From an uncultured Acidobacteriota bacterium (GTDB lineage: Bacteria; Acidobacteriota; Vicinamibacteria; Vicinamibacterales; UBA8438): 64,000 bases of DNA. This document shows positions 1 to 9,033 of the stretch, piece by piece; the first letter of the stretch is position 1, and every line of letters begins with the position of its first letter. Made by a program: the position numbers and the translations under genes. The notes below the pieces were generated by a model that was not told the DNA's origin, ran no database searches, and saw nothing but the letters and a program-made list of their open reading frames with translations. The stretch is taken from the NCBI GenBank assembly GCA_913043225.1, contig CAJWLU010000008.1:1-64000 (forward strand), in the 5' to 3' direction.

Positions 1-557
1 CCGCCGGACCGCAGAGCAGCCCGAACAGTCCTGCGTATGTCAGGTCGACCACGCCGTGTCGCCGGCCGGAAACGCCGGGAACGACGTGTCGATCCGAAAA
101 AGCGCAGACGAATCAAGAGTTCGTGGAGTTCGGCAAGTTCCTCATCAGAGCAATCCGCGAAGTCCTTAGCGCCGAGAATTTCGGTGCGCGACCACCTGAC
201 GTTGAGGTGATCGCCATCCGATCCATCCTCCTCAGCTCCTTCAGTGTCGGGATCGGTCTCAGCGGTATCGAATAAGAGGGTGACTGGGTGCTGCGTGATT
301 CGCGTCCGATCCTCTCTCAGCGCTCCGGTCCAGTGGTAAGCGAACACTTGGTCGTACAACTCGACGTCCTCTGGGCGACAGAGGAGGGTTGCTCGGCCAG
401 ACCAGTAGACGCCCGAACGGGAGTCGGCACCTACCGCAGCGACCGCCCGTCCAAATGAAAGGGTCGACCCCAAAGGCACGTCGAGACCAGCTAGACGGAG
501 CTCCTCAACGAAACGGACCAGATGACGGTCCAGGGTAAGAGCGCTGTCGCCGGCCAT
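1..557 (-). CDS. CoxE-like VWA-domain protein (5' part; runs off window start)
   Basis: Manual translation from ATG 557: MAGDSALTLDRHLVRFVEELRLAGLDVP..VYWSGRATLLCRPEDVELYDQVF..KDFADCSDEEL..RPDIRRTVRAALRSGG, a typical CoxE N-terminus; lies directly downstream of a MoxR ATPase. Confidence 0.8.
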   Translation of the reverse strand, partial: MAGDSALTLDRHLVRFVEELRLAGLDVPLGSTLSFGRAVAAVGADSRSGVYWSGRATLLCRPEDVELYDQVFAYHWTGALREDRTRITQHPVTLLFDTAETDPDTEGAEEDGSDGDHLNVRWSRTEILGAKDFADCSDEELAELHELLIRLRFFGSTRRSRRFRPATRRGRPDIRRTVRAALRSG

Positions 558-587
558 GATCAACCAGTCCGGCCAGGGCCGAACGAC

Positions 588-1487
588 TCAGGCCCCACGC
601 AGCAGTCCGACCACCTCACCGAAGCCACGAGCTCGGAGACGGTCCTGATCCTCGCGGTACTTCAACAATGCGCCGATGGTGGCATTCATCGCCTCGGCAT
701 CGAGATCGTCGACACCAACTAACACAAGGGCCTCCGCCCAGTCCAACGTCTCGGCGACACCGGGCGGCTTGTAAAGACCCATGCTTCGAAGTTCCGAAGC
801 CACCTGGGCTATGTCGCTAGCCAACGAAGCGGGAACGTGTGGAGTCCGCACCCGTAGGATCTCGATCTCGCGTTCGACATCAGGATGTTGCACCCAGTGG
901 TACAGGCAGCGTCGCTTGAGCGCGTCATGAACGTCGCGGGTGCGGTTCGAAGTGATCACCACGATGGGCGCCGTCACGGCCTTCACCGTTCCAAGTTCAG
1001 GCACTGTGATCTGATAGTCGGACAGTAGCTCGAGCAGGTAGCCCTCGAACTCTTCGTCGGCCCGGTCCAGCTCGTCGATTAGGAGCACCGGCGCTCGCTC
1101 GGCTTCCAAGGCGCGCAGCAGTGGCCGCTTGATCAGGAAGTCAGGGCTGAAGAGGTCGGCTGCCAGTTGTTCGCGGTCGGCGTCGCCCCCCACCTCACGC
1201 ATCCGGATCTCGAGGAGCTGCCGCGCGTAATTCCACTCGTAGACCGCGTGCGAGACGTCCAGCCCTTCGTAGCACTGCAACCGGATCAGCTCGGTGCCGA
1301 GCCCGCGCGCCAGCACCTTGGCCACTTCGGTCTTTCCGACCCCAGCCTCGCCCTCGAGCAGCAGCGGACGGCCCAGCGTCAGCGCCAGGTAGATCGAGGT
1401 GGCCAGACCCCGGTCCGCGACATAGAACTCGCGGGCAAGTAGGGACTGCAGGTCGTCGATCGAGGCGGGAATCTGTTTGTCTGACAT
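588..1487 (-). CDS. MoxR-family AAA+ ATPase (CoxD-like)
   Basis: Walker A GEAGVGKT, RLQCYEGLD, Walker B LLIDELDRAD, TSNRTR..DALKRRCLY. Confidence 0.92.
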   Translation of the reverse strand: MSDKQIPASIDDLQSLLAREFYVADRGLATSIYLALTLGRPLLLEGEAGVGKTEVAKVLARGLGTELIRLQCYEGLDVSHAVYEWNYARQLLEIRMREVGGDADREQLAADLFSPDFLIKRPLLRALEAERAPVLLIDELDRADEEFEGYLLELLSDYQITVPELGTVKAVTAPIVVITSNRTRDVHDALKRRCLYHWVQHPDVEREIEILRVRTPHVPASLASDIAQVASELRSMGLYKPPGVAETLDWAEALVLVGVDDLDAEAMNATIGALLKYREDQDRLRARGFGEVVGLLRGA

Positions 1488-1511
1488 GCCGTGCGGGACA
1501 GAGGCTCGATC

Positions 1512-2375
1512 TTACTCCGACTCGCCGTAACGCTTGGCCATCCGGTCGCGCTCTTCCATCCCGATCAGGTCGTTGAAGGTATCGAACGCCATCATCCGGT
1601 CGCCGGCAGATCGGGTGGTGCGCTCGTCGCGCAGGCGGCCGTAGATGTCGGCAATCGCGTGGGCCGACGCATAGAGTCCGGCCAGCGGGTAGAGCACCAG
1701 GTTGAACCCCAGCTCGGCCAGTTCAGCCTCGTCGAGGACCGGGGTCTTGCCCTGCTCGATCATGTTGGCTACGGTCGGCTTCGGCGAACGCCGGCCCACC
1801 TCGCGTAGCTCGTCGAGTGATCTGGGTGCTTCGACGAAAGTGGCGTTGGCGCCCAGCGCCCTGGCCGCCTCGGCCCGTGCTAGCGCCTCATCGAGACCGT
1901 TGGTGGCGATGGCGTCAGTGCGCGCCACGATGAAGAAGTCGCGGTCTTCACGGGCATCGACCGCGGCCCGGATCTTGTCGAGATACTCTTGCCGGTCGAT
2001 TACCTTCTTGCCCCGCATGTGGCCGCATCGCTTCGGCCACTGCTGGTCTTCGAGGAAACAGCCGGCGGCGCCGGCGTCGATCAACCCCTCGACCGTTCGG
2101 ACCACGTTCAGTGGGTTGCCGTAGCCGGTGTCGGCATCGACGATGATCGGGATCGACACGGCCCGGCAGATGTGGCGTGCCCGTTCTACGACCTCGGTCT
2201 GGGTCAGCAGGCCGAGGTCCGGCTCCCCCAGGAGCGTGGCCGACACCGCGTAGCCAGAGACGAACGCCATCGGGAAACCCGCCCGCTCGGCGATACGTGC
2301 CGACAGCGCGTCATACACGCCAGGAAAGACGAGCGTTCCCTCACGGTCGACGATTTCTTGCACTCGAGTAGACAT
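1512..2375 (-). CDS. Isocitrate lyase/PEP mutase family protein (methylisocitrate lyase/oxaloacetate decarboxylase-like)
   Basis: PGVYDALSA, DADTGYG, EDQ..PKRCGH, ARTDA motifs; start moved to ATG 2375. Confidence 0.9.
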   Translation of the reverse strand: MSTRVQEIVDREGTLVFPGVYDALSARIAERAGFPMAFVSGYAVSATLLGEPDLGLLTQTEVVERARHICRAVSIPIIVDADTGYGNPLNVVRTVEGLIDAGAAGCFLEDQQWPKRCGHMRGKKVIDRQEYLDKIRAAVDAREDRDFFIVARTDAIATNGLDEALARAEAARALGANATFVEAPRSLDELREVGRRSPKPTVANMIEQGKTPVLDEAELAELGFNLVLYPLAGLYASAHAIADIYGRLRDERTTRSAGDRMMAFDTFNDLIGMEERDRMAKRYGESE

Positions 2376-2384
2376 GGCCGCCGA

Positions 2385-2392
2385 ATTATAGT
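2385..2392. promoter_or_regulatory. Overlapping bidirectional -10 elements (TATAGT on +, TATAAT on -)
   Basis: The 23-bp gap between divergent ATGs 2375 and 2399 contains ATTATAGT; spacers to the ATGs are 6 and 9 nt; no SD. Confidence 0.65.
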
Positions 2393-2398
2393 TGCGCC

Positions 2399-3283
2399 AT
2401 GAGCATCGACCAGTCGATTTCGCCTGATGTCCCGTATTCGTCCCGCTTTGTCGATGTCCTCGGTTCGCGCATGCACTACGTCGAGGGGGGCAGCGGCGAT
2501 CCGGTGCTGTTTCTACACGGTAATCCCACCTCGTCGTATCTCTGGCGGAATGTGATGCCGCATCTCGACGGGGTAGCGCGGTGTATCGCACCAGACTTGG
2601 TCGGCATGGGGCAGTCGGACAAGCCAGATCTCGAATACCGGCTAGTCGATCATGCGCGCTACGTCGACGGGTTTATCGAGGCGCTTGGGCTCGAGCGGGT
2701 GACGCTGGTGATTCACGACTGGGGCTCGGCGCTCGGCTTCCACTACGCGCGGCGGCACGAGGCCAACGTGAAGGGCATCGCCTTCATGGAGGCCATTGTG
2801 CGCCCCGTAACCTGGGACGAGTGGCCGCGGACCGTGCGGCCGCTGTTTCAAAAGTTCAGGACACCCGAGGTGGGATGGGACCTGGTGGTCAACAAGAACG
2901 TCTTCGTCGAGCAGGTGCTGCCGGGCGCTATCATGCGTGACCTGACTGACCAGGAGATGGACGCCTACCGAGCGCCGTTCCTGGATCCGCCCAGCCGCAA
3001 GCCGGTGTGGCGCTGGCCCAACGAGATACCGGTCGATGGTGAGCCGGCCGACGTCGTCGAGCTGGTGGGCGCCTACGCAGACTGGCTCGGGCAGTCGCAG
3101 GTACCCAAGCTGCTGCTGTACTCGCACCCGGGCGCGATTCTTCGGTCGGATCTGGTGGAGTGGTGCCGCCAGAATGTCTCCGCGCTCGACACTGTGGACA
3201 TCGGTCCGGGCTTGCACTTCGTGCAGGAAGACCGCCCACATGAGATTGGGAAAGCGATCGGGGGGTGGTACGCCCGCCTGTAG
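2399..3283 (+). CDS. dhaA: Haloalkane dehalogenase (HLD-II, DhaA-like)
   Basis: FLHGNPTSSYLWRN, IHDWGSALGF, FMEA, WRWPNEIP, GPGLHFVQED; colinear with Rhodococcus DhaA as I recall it. Confidence 0.92.
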   Translation: MSIDQSISPDVPYSSRFVDVLGSRMHYVEGGSGDPVLFLHGNPTSSYLWRNVMPHLDGVARCIAPDLVGMGQSDKPDLEYRLVDHARYVDGFIEALGLERVTLVIHDWGSALGFHYARRHEANVKGIAFMEAIVRPVTWDEWPRTVRPLFQKFRTPEVGWDLVVNKNVFVEQVLPGAIMRDLTDQEMDAYRAPFLDPPSRKPVWRWPNEIPVDGEPADVVELVGAYADWLGQSQVPKLLLYSHPGAILRSDLVEWCRQNVSALDTVDIGPGLHFVQEDRPHEIGKAIGGWYARL

Positions 3284-3299
3284 GGGTTGGGTCCCGCCG

Positions 3300-4718
3300 T
3301 TAACGCCCGACCAACACAGATGCGACTTCCCTCAACTCGCCGTCGATATCCGGGTTCGGCGCCAGGCGCAGTAGATGCGCCATCAGCGGGTAGACGTGGA
3401 CACTCTCGACTCGGCCCAGCCTCGAGCCGGGGACGATGTCGGGACCAGCCATCAGCAGGATGCCGGCCATGTCCTCGTGTGTTGGGTCGTATCCGTGCAT
3501 GCCGGCTGGCGGGTCGTCGAGCTCGCGCATTGACAGCATCGCGCCTGATTCGGGTACGACCACTACATCGCCGATACGCGGGTCGAGTCCGTAACGCAGG
3601 GTCTCAGGTACCTCGTCCCGCAAGTACGCCCGGCCCGCCGCGAGGCTCTCATTCAGGTCGTCTCGAATGGCGACCGCCCGTGCCGCCGGGCCATCGACGA
3701 ATAGATTCGCCTGAGGCCCGGTCACCACCACCCGGACGCCACTCAAGTCGGCGTGGTCCGTCAGATTAACCACGAGGGCTGGGTCCACCGCGGTCATGCC
3801 GTGGTCGGCCACCAAGACCAGTGACACCTGGTCGCCGTGCGGGAGCGCGTCGAGCCCGTTGAGTAACCGTCCCAGCGCTTGATCCACCTGACCCACCGCG
3901 TCCTCGACCGCACGGCTGGCCGGTCCGGATCGGTGCCCGGCACCGTCCACGGCCGAAAAGTAGAGCGTGAGCAGGTGCGGTCGAGTTTCGGCAGGCAGTG
4001 CCAACCACTCGAGCACCTGGTCGACCCGCTCGCGCTGCGAGCCGCGGTCGCCATAGGGTGTCCAAAAGGTTGGTCGGACACCACCGACGTCGGCTTCGGT
4101 CCCCACGAAGAGCATGGCTGCGCTCACCATCCCTTGGGTCTCGCTTGTGACCCAGATCGGCTCGCCTCCATACCAGCTGCCGTCCTCGACGTTCCGCCGG
4201 TTGCGATAGTTGTAGTCTTCGCCTCGGATCGGGTCGAAGAAGCGGTTGCCCACCAGTCCGTGCCGCTCCGGATAGAGGCCTGTCGCCACGGTGTAGTGTG
4301 CTGGGAAGGTCAGCGACGGGAAGGGAGGCACGAGGCGTTCGGCTCTGGCGCCGGCAGCCGCTACCCGGTCGAAGTTCGGCGTATCGAATCGGTCCAGGTA
4401 GTCGTGCCGGAACCCGTCGAACGAGATGAGGATGAGATATGGCTTGTCGAGCGTCGCCTCGCTGTTGGTCCCACCCGTTCCGGCCGGAGTGGTGAATCTT
4501 TCGGCGGCTGGCGTTTGTTCGTTTGCAGACGAAGTGGTCTCTTGCGGGCTCGCCTCAAAAGGCGACCCAGCCGGCTCGATACATCCCGGCAGGGCCAGCG
4601 TGACCCCGGCCGCGAGGCACGCGTGGGCAAAACCTATGAAGTTGAACCGAAAAAAGGTGGGGTGAGTGACGGGGATTGAACCCGCAACATCCGGAGCCAC
4701 AGTCCGGCGCTCTACCAT
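3300..4718 (-). CDS. Nucleotide pyrophosphatase/phosphodiesterase (alkaline phosphatase superfamily); start uncertain
   Basis: LISFDGFR, PSLTFPAHYTVATGLYPERHG, DGAGH, ADHGM, HGYD motifs; the ORF-track start lies inside tRNA-His. Confidence 0.85.
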   Translation of the reverse strand: MVERRTVAPDVAGSIPVTHPTFFRFNFIGFAHACLAAGVTLALPGCIEPAGSPFEASPQETTSSANEQTPAAERFTTPAGTGGTNSEATLDKPYLILISFDGFRHDYLDRFDTPNFDRVAAAGARAERLVPPFPSLTFPAHYTVATGLYPERHGLVGNRFFDPIRGEDYNYRNRRNVEDGSWYGGEPIWVTSETQGMVSAAMLFVGTEADVGGVRPTFWTPYGDRGSQRERVDQVLEWLALPAETRPHLLTLYFSAVDGAGHRSGPASRAVEDAVGQVDQALGRLLNGLDALPHGDQVSLVLVADHGMTAVDPALVVNLTDHADLSGVRVVVTGPQANLFVDGPAARAVAIRDDLNESLAAGRAYLRDEVPETLRYGLDPRIGDVVVVPESGAMLSMRELDDPPAGMHGYDPTHEDMAGILLMAGPDIVPGSRLGRVESVHVYPLMAHLLRLAPNPDIDGELREVASVLVGR

Positions 4719-4733
4719 TGAGCTACACTCACC
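4658..4733 (-). tRNA. tRNA-His (GUG), with G-1 and encoded CCA
   Basis: Reverse complement GGTGAGTGTAGCTCAATGGTAGAGCGCCGGACTGTGGCTCCGGATGTTGCGGGTTCAATCCCCGTCACTCACCCCA folds to a cloverleaf with a G-1:C73 pair. Confidence 0.97.
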
Positions 4734-4824
4734 ACAACACTACAGCGTGAGGCCGTGTTCGTGGGCCGAGCCTCCCATTCTAGCCGGCGGACTTCACCCC
4801 GTCTAGCCAGTTAGAATGGCCTGG

Positions 4825-6087
4825 ATGGCCGATTCTGCCCCGCCTGAACCCATCGACGCTTCCACCGACGACGCGCTGCGTGCGGCGCGCGCGCTGGTCG
4901 GTGCCTATCGGCTGTCGGCCGAATCGAACGACGTCGACGTCATCCTGAACGGTGTCCTTGACGCGGTGGCCGAGCTGGTCTCGTACGACGCCGCTGGCGT
5001 GTATGTGCTCGGTCGGTCGAGCAGTCAGGTCAGGCACTGGCGCTGGCGGGGCGAGGCAGGTCCAGCCGTCGGCCGGCGCGACCCGGTCGAAAAACGGGGC
5101 ATCGTGGCCAGCGCGATGACCACGGCGCGGCCGGTGCTGGTCCGCTGTAGGGAAGACGAGCCCGACGCCAGCCGGGGCGCCTTCGAGTCGTGCCTGGTGG
5201 TGCCGGTTATCGGGCTGAGCCATGCGGTGATGGGCGCCATCGAGCTGCGGTCGCTGACGCCGCGCGCCTTTGATGCCCGTGCCGTCGAGCTGGTCGAGAC
5301 GCTCGGGACCGTCGTGGCCGGCACCATCGAACGCGCTCGCCTCAAGGAAGAGGTGCGGGACAAGCGGCGCATCGACAGCGAGCTGCTCGTGGCGCGCCAG
5401 GTGATGACCGAACTCATCCCTCGAGACATCCCATCGCTCGAGGGGTTCGACATCGCCGGCGTGAACGAGGCGTCGTTCGAAGTGGGCGGCGACTACTACG
5501 AGTTCATCCCGCTGCCCGACGGTCGGTGGGGCATTATCATCGCTGACGTGGTCGGGAAGGGCATCGGGGCGGCGCTGCTCGTGTCGGCGATTCGGGCCTC
5601 GCTCTACGCGCTGGTCGGCCGCGAGTTGGCGGCACGTGCCGTGATGCGCCGAGCCAACCGTTTCTTCTACGACTCGGTCGAGGAGGGGCGTTACGTCACG
5701 CTGTTCTACGCCGTGCTCGACGTGCCCTCGCGCCGCATGATCTACGTCAATGCCGGCCATCAGCCACCGATGGTGCTGCGCGACAATGGCGAGGTTGAGG
5801 CGTTGAGCAGCGGCGGCGTGCCGCTCGGCATGTTCTCGGCGCCCCGCTACTTCGAGGGGATCACCTCACTCGACCAAGGTGATGTGATGGCGCTCTACAC
5901 CGATGGCATCGTCGAGTCGAGCGACGCCCGCGACGAGTATTACGGTCACGACCGACTCACCACCATCCTCGGCGGTGCCCGCGGCGAGAGTGCGGAGGAG
6001 ATCTGTCACCGGGTGATGGAGGATGTTCGCAGTTTCTCGTTCGGCAATCAGGACGACCGGACGCTCCTGGTCCTCAAAGCGATCTAG
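4825..6087 (+). CDS. GAF + PP2C/SpoIIE (RsbU-like) protein phosphatase
   Basis: VGGDYY, IADVVGKG, YVNAGH, LYTDGI, QDDRT; N-terminal GAF-like region; TAGAAT 7 nt before ATG 4825. Confidence 0.92.
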   Translation: MADSAPPEPIDASTDDALRAARALVGAYRLSAESNDVDVILNGVLDAVAELVSYDAAGVYVLGRSSSQVRHWRWRGEAGPAVGRRDPVEKRGIVASAMTTARPVLVRCREDEPDASRGAFESCLVVPVIGLSHAVMGAIELRSLTPRAFDARAVELVETLGTVVAGTIERARLKEEVRDKRRIDSELLVARQVMTELIPRDIPSLEGFDIAGVNEASFEVGGDYYEFIPLPDGRWGIIIADVVGKGIGAALLVSAIRASLYALVGRELAARAVMRRANRFFYDSVEEGRYVTLFYAVLDVPSRRMIYVNAGHQPPMVLRDNGEVEALSSGGVPLGMFSAPRYFEGITSLDQGDVMALYTDGIVESSDARDEYYGHDRLTTILGGARGESAEEICHRVMEDVRSFSFGNQDDRTLLVLKAI

Positions 6088-6120
6088 GTCAAGGACGGAA
6101 GTTATGGGTCGTCGCTGGAC

Positions 6121-7149
6121 CTAGTTTGCGAGCAGCGGCTGGTGGGTGAACGCCTCGTAGTGCTCGGCCAGGAGATCGCGACCGAAGTCACCCCTGAAAT
6201 CGCGCCACACGCTGTGCACGTGATTCGCGTTGCCCTGAGTGTTGTCGTACTCGATCAGGAAGTTCGACCCTTGAATCCGGTAGTAGTGGGCCTCGCCCCG
6301 ATTGGGGCTGCCCATCCATCCGAACTTGATGGTGTCGAGACCGGCGGCCCGAACCTCGGCCAGCCTCGCCTCGGCCACCGAAGCGGGCTGAGCGCTGGCG
6401 TACTCTTCCACGATGGCCCAGAGCGCCTCCTGCTGGCGACCGTCGAGGTCGGCGTAGGCCACACCCAGGTCGTCCAGCATGGCGACCTCGCGCTCGGCCG
6501 AGGTCAGAATGTCGCGCGGCGCCTCGTCTGACAGCATCGCCGCCGACCGTTGCTGCGTATTCAGCGACGTCAGCAGCGCGCGCGCCTCGTCTTCCTCAGT
6601 GCCGAGCACTCGCTGTCCTCGCTTTGGACCCTCGCGCACTTCAGCTGGATTGGTGCCGAAGAACTGCGGGGTGGCGGCGACTTCGCCGTTCACGATTGTC
6701 CAGCTGTGTGACAGGTGATGTCCCTCGTACCGCCAGCCCCAGGTGTTGCCGGACGGGTCGCCGAAGATCATGAAGAAGTAGAGGTCGGGGTCACGGATGT
6801 CGCGTCCTTCCAGCTCGAACAGAATTTGCTCGAGCTGACGGATCGCTTCCGCTTTGGTGAACCCGGTCTCGCTCAAACCGACCCGTACCAGATCGAGTGC
6901 CGCCGACCGTTGGGCCGAGGTCATCGCCTTGAGCGGCACTCCTTTGCGTTCCCGCGGGATGAAGTGCCAGTCGAACCGGTCGTCACTGTCGAACGCGAAG
7001 CGCGCTGCCTGCTCCTGTTCGTCGTTCAAACTGTCCAAAAACTTGATCGCCGCGGCGCCCATCTCGTCGGCGGGATTCGCTGGTTGGGTATACGCCAGAG
7101 TGCCCAGCAGTACCACGCCGCACGCGATGTTTAGGATGGTTCGTGCCAT
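6121..7149 (-). CDS. DUF3500 domain secreted protein
   Basis: Signal peptide; WGWRYEGHHLS, PQFFG, YYRIQG..LIEYDNTQ..NHVHSVWRD..DFG. Confidence 0.85.
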   Translation of the reverse strand: MARTILNIACGVVLLGTLAYTQPANPADEMGAAAIKFLDSLNDEQEQAARFAFDSDDRFDWHFIPRERKGVPLKAMTSAQRSAALDLVRVGLSETGFTKAEAIRQLEQILFELEGRDIRDPDLYFFMIFGDPSGNTWGWRYEGHHLSHSWTIVNGEVAATPQFFGTNPAEVREGPKRGQRVLGTEEDEARALLTSLNTQQRSAAMLSDEAPRDILTSAEREVAMLDDLGVAYADLDGRQQEALWAIVEEYASAQPASVAEARLAEVRAAGLDTIKFGWMGSPNRGEAHYYRIQGSNFLIEYDNTQGNANHVHSVWRDFRGDFGRDLLAEHYEAFTHQPLLAN

Positions 7150-7245
7150 TGCCGCTTCCCTCAGGGATGGTCCGCACAGAGCGGACGTCGAGCCGGGTGT
7201 CTCAGGGTGATTCGAGGCGGAGCGTACCCCCCGAGGTGGGGCGAG

Positions 7246-8079
7246 TCAAGATGTCGCCGACCCGGGGGCGAGCGGCGATTCTGCGATGGCGTAGAACAGC
7301 CAGCCGGCACAGTTCTCTGCCTCCGAAGTGGCCCGGAAATCGGATCGCTTCGCGTGATCCTCAAAGTCCCACAAGATCTCGACGTTGAGGAACCCGGCGG
7401 CCTCCAGCGCATCCCGGAACTCGGCCGGGGTATAGAGCCGCCAGACATAGCTGAAGGCTTTCTGCCATGTCTTGTTGTTCCGAAACTCGAAGTGGATGTG
7501 GCAGGTGGCCAGGTTGTCGATCGGATTGAATGTGGCCTGTTCCCAGACGTAGCCGAACGTGCCATCCGGGCTCTTGACCTTTCGCCGGTCTGACACCGCC
7601 TGGCCGGCTTCCCAGCCGCCATACCCATCCAGCATGACGATGCCGCCTGGGTTCAGGCTGCGTCGCACCAGGCGCAGGTAGGACACCAGCGCCGGGAACG
7701 GATAAATCGTGTAGGCCGAGAAGTTGAACGCCTGGACTACGTCGGCGCGCGGCCGGGTCAGTCCCCGGACGTCACGCTGACGCAGGTCGACGCGTGAGGC
7801 GTCGTCCAGTTTCGACAGGTTGTGCTCGCGCGCCCAGTCGAGGGTGGCCTCGTCGAGGTCGATCCCGATGGCCCGATTCTCTTTGTGCTCTTCGACCCAC
7901 CGGCATGCCACCGCAGCGGTGCCGCAAAAGTCCTCACGGAGGATACGGGGCGGGACGCCTCGTCGACGGCGATATTGGCGGGTGGCCAGCTCTACCTCGA
8001 AGCTGGGGTCCTGGACCGCCAGCTGGTAGAGCGTGTGTTTGTCGGCTCCTCGCCGACGCAGGGTGTATTTGTAGGCCAT
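7246..8079 (-). CDS. Class I SAM-dependent methyltransferase
   Basis: LREDFCGTAA motif I variant, GIDLD, LNPGG. Confidence 0.8.
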   Translation of the reverse strand: MAYKYTLRRRGADKHTLYQLAVQDPSFEVELATRQYRRRRGVPPRILREDFCGTAAVACRWVEEHKENRAIGIDLDEATLDWAREHNLSKLDDASRVDLRQRDVRGLTRPRADVVQAFNFSAYTIYPFPALVSYLRLVRRSLNPGGIVMLDGYGGWEAGQAVSDRRKVKSPDGTFGYVWEQATFNPIDNLATCHIHFEFRNNKTWQKAFSYVWRLYTPAEFRDALEAAGFLNVEILWDFEDHAKRSDFRATSEAENCAGWLFYAIAESPLAPGSATS

Positions 8080-8268
8080 GCGGCCTGGAATTCTACCCCC
8101 TGAAACGCGCCCTTAGCCCGCCACAGTCTACGCCGGGACGCCGGTCGAGGTGTTCTGAGCGGGAATGAACAGCGTCATTCGATAGCTTTTCGTGTCCTTG
8201 CTGACCCCCTTGAGGACCGTCTGGGAAGGGGTCACGAGTATGAGAAGATGACGAACAGTCCCTGATGT

Positions 8269-8345
8269 GCGCCCGTAGCTCAGTTGGATAGAGCATCGGC
8301 CTTCTAAGCCGAGGGTCGCAGGTTCGAATCCTGCCGGGCGTGCCA
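8269..8345 (+). tRNA. tRNA-Arg (UCU)
   Basis: GCGCCCGTAGCTCAGTTGGATAGAGCATCGGCCTTCTAAGCCGAGGGTCGCAGGTTCGAATCCTGCCGGGCGTGCCA; cloverleaf, anticodon TCT, CCA end. Confidence 0.97.
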
Positions 8346-8467
8346 CTCTTACCGACGGTGGGGTAATGACTTTCCGATTACGCCGGTCGCGTCCTTTTGG
8401 CGATTGCCTGGCCGACTGAGGCCGCTGACGTACCACGCCCGGCGTTATCGAATTGCGTTCTTGGACC

Positions 8468-9031
8468 TCACGGGGGCTTCGGGGCGGCCTCGGCCCCAGG
8501 CGGTTCCCTGAAGGGTGGGATGGGGATGCGTTCGTAACGCACCTCGAGCACCTGCAGTTGCTGCGTCCCGGCCGGCGCATGCAGAACCGCGGAGTCGCCT
8601 GGTCCACAGGTCATCAACGCGCGGGCCAGCGGCGACACCCAGCTAATGCGGTGGCCTTCTCGATCGACCTCGTCGCGGCCGACAATGCTGACCACCCGCT
8701 CGATTCCGGCGGCGTCGCTGTAGCGCACGGTCGCGCCGAAGAAGGCATGCGTCGCCGCCCGTCCCGTCCTCGGCGCTTCCGGGTCCACGACTTCCGCGAT
8801 GTCGATGCGCTTGGTGAGGAAGTGAATCCGGCCATCGATCTGCCGGAGCCGCCGCTTGCCGTACTGATAGTCGGCGTTTTCACTTCGATCGCCGTTGCTC
8901 GCCGCCCAGGCGACCACTTTCGTCACGGCCGGCCTTTCCCTACTGAGCAGAAAGCCCAGCTCATCTCTGAGCCGCTGCAAACCTGACGGTGTGATGTAGT
9001 TCGCGTCGGGTTCCGGGAACGTCTGGGTCAT
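8468..9031 (-). CDS. greB: Transcription elongation factor GreB
   Basis: NYITPSG, VAWAASNGDRSENADYQYGKRRLRQID, ISWVSPLARAL. Confidence 0.95.
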   Translation of the reverse strand: MTQTFPEPDANYITPSGLQRLRDELGFLLSRERPAVTKVVAWAASNGDRSENADYQYGKRRLRQIDGRIHFLTKRIDIAEVVDPEAPRTGRAATHAFFGATVRYSDAAGIERVVSIVGRDEVDREGHRISWVSPLARALMTCGPGDSAVLHAPAGTQQLQVLEVRYERIPIPPFREPPGAEAAPKPP

Positions 9032-9033
9032 GC

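Noticed and set aside
8269..8467. tRNA-Arg(UCU) as an island attachment site
   Set aside because: No integrase, no duplicated tRNA 3' end seen, and the neighbour is housekeeping greB.
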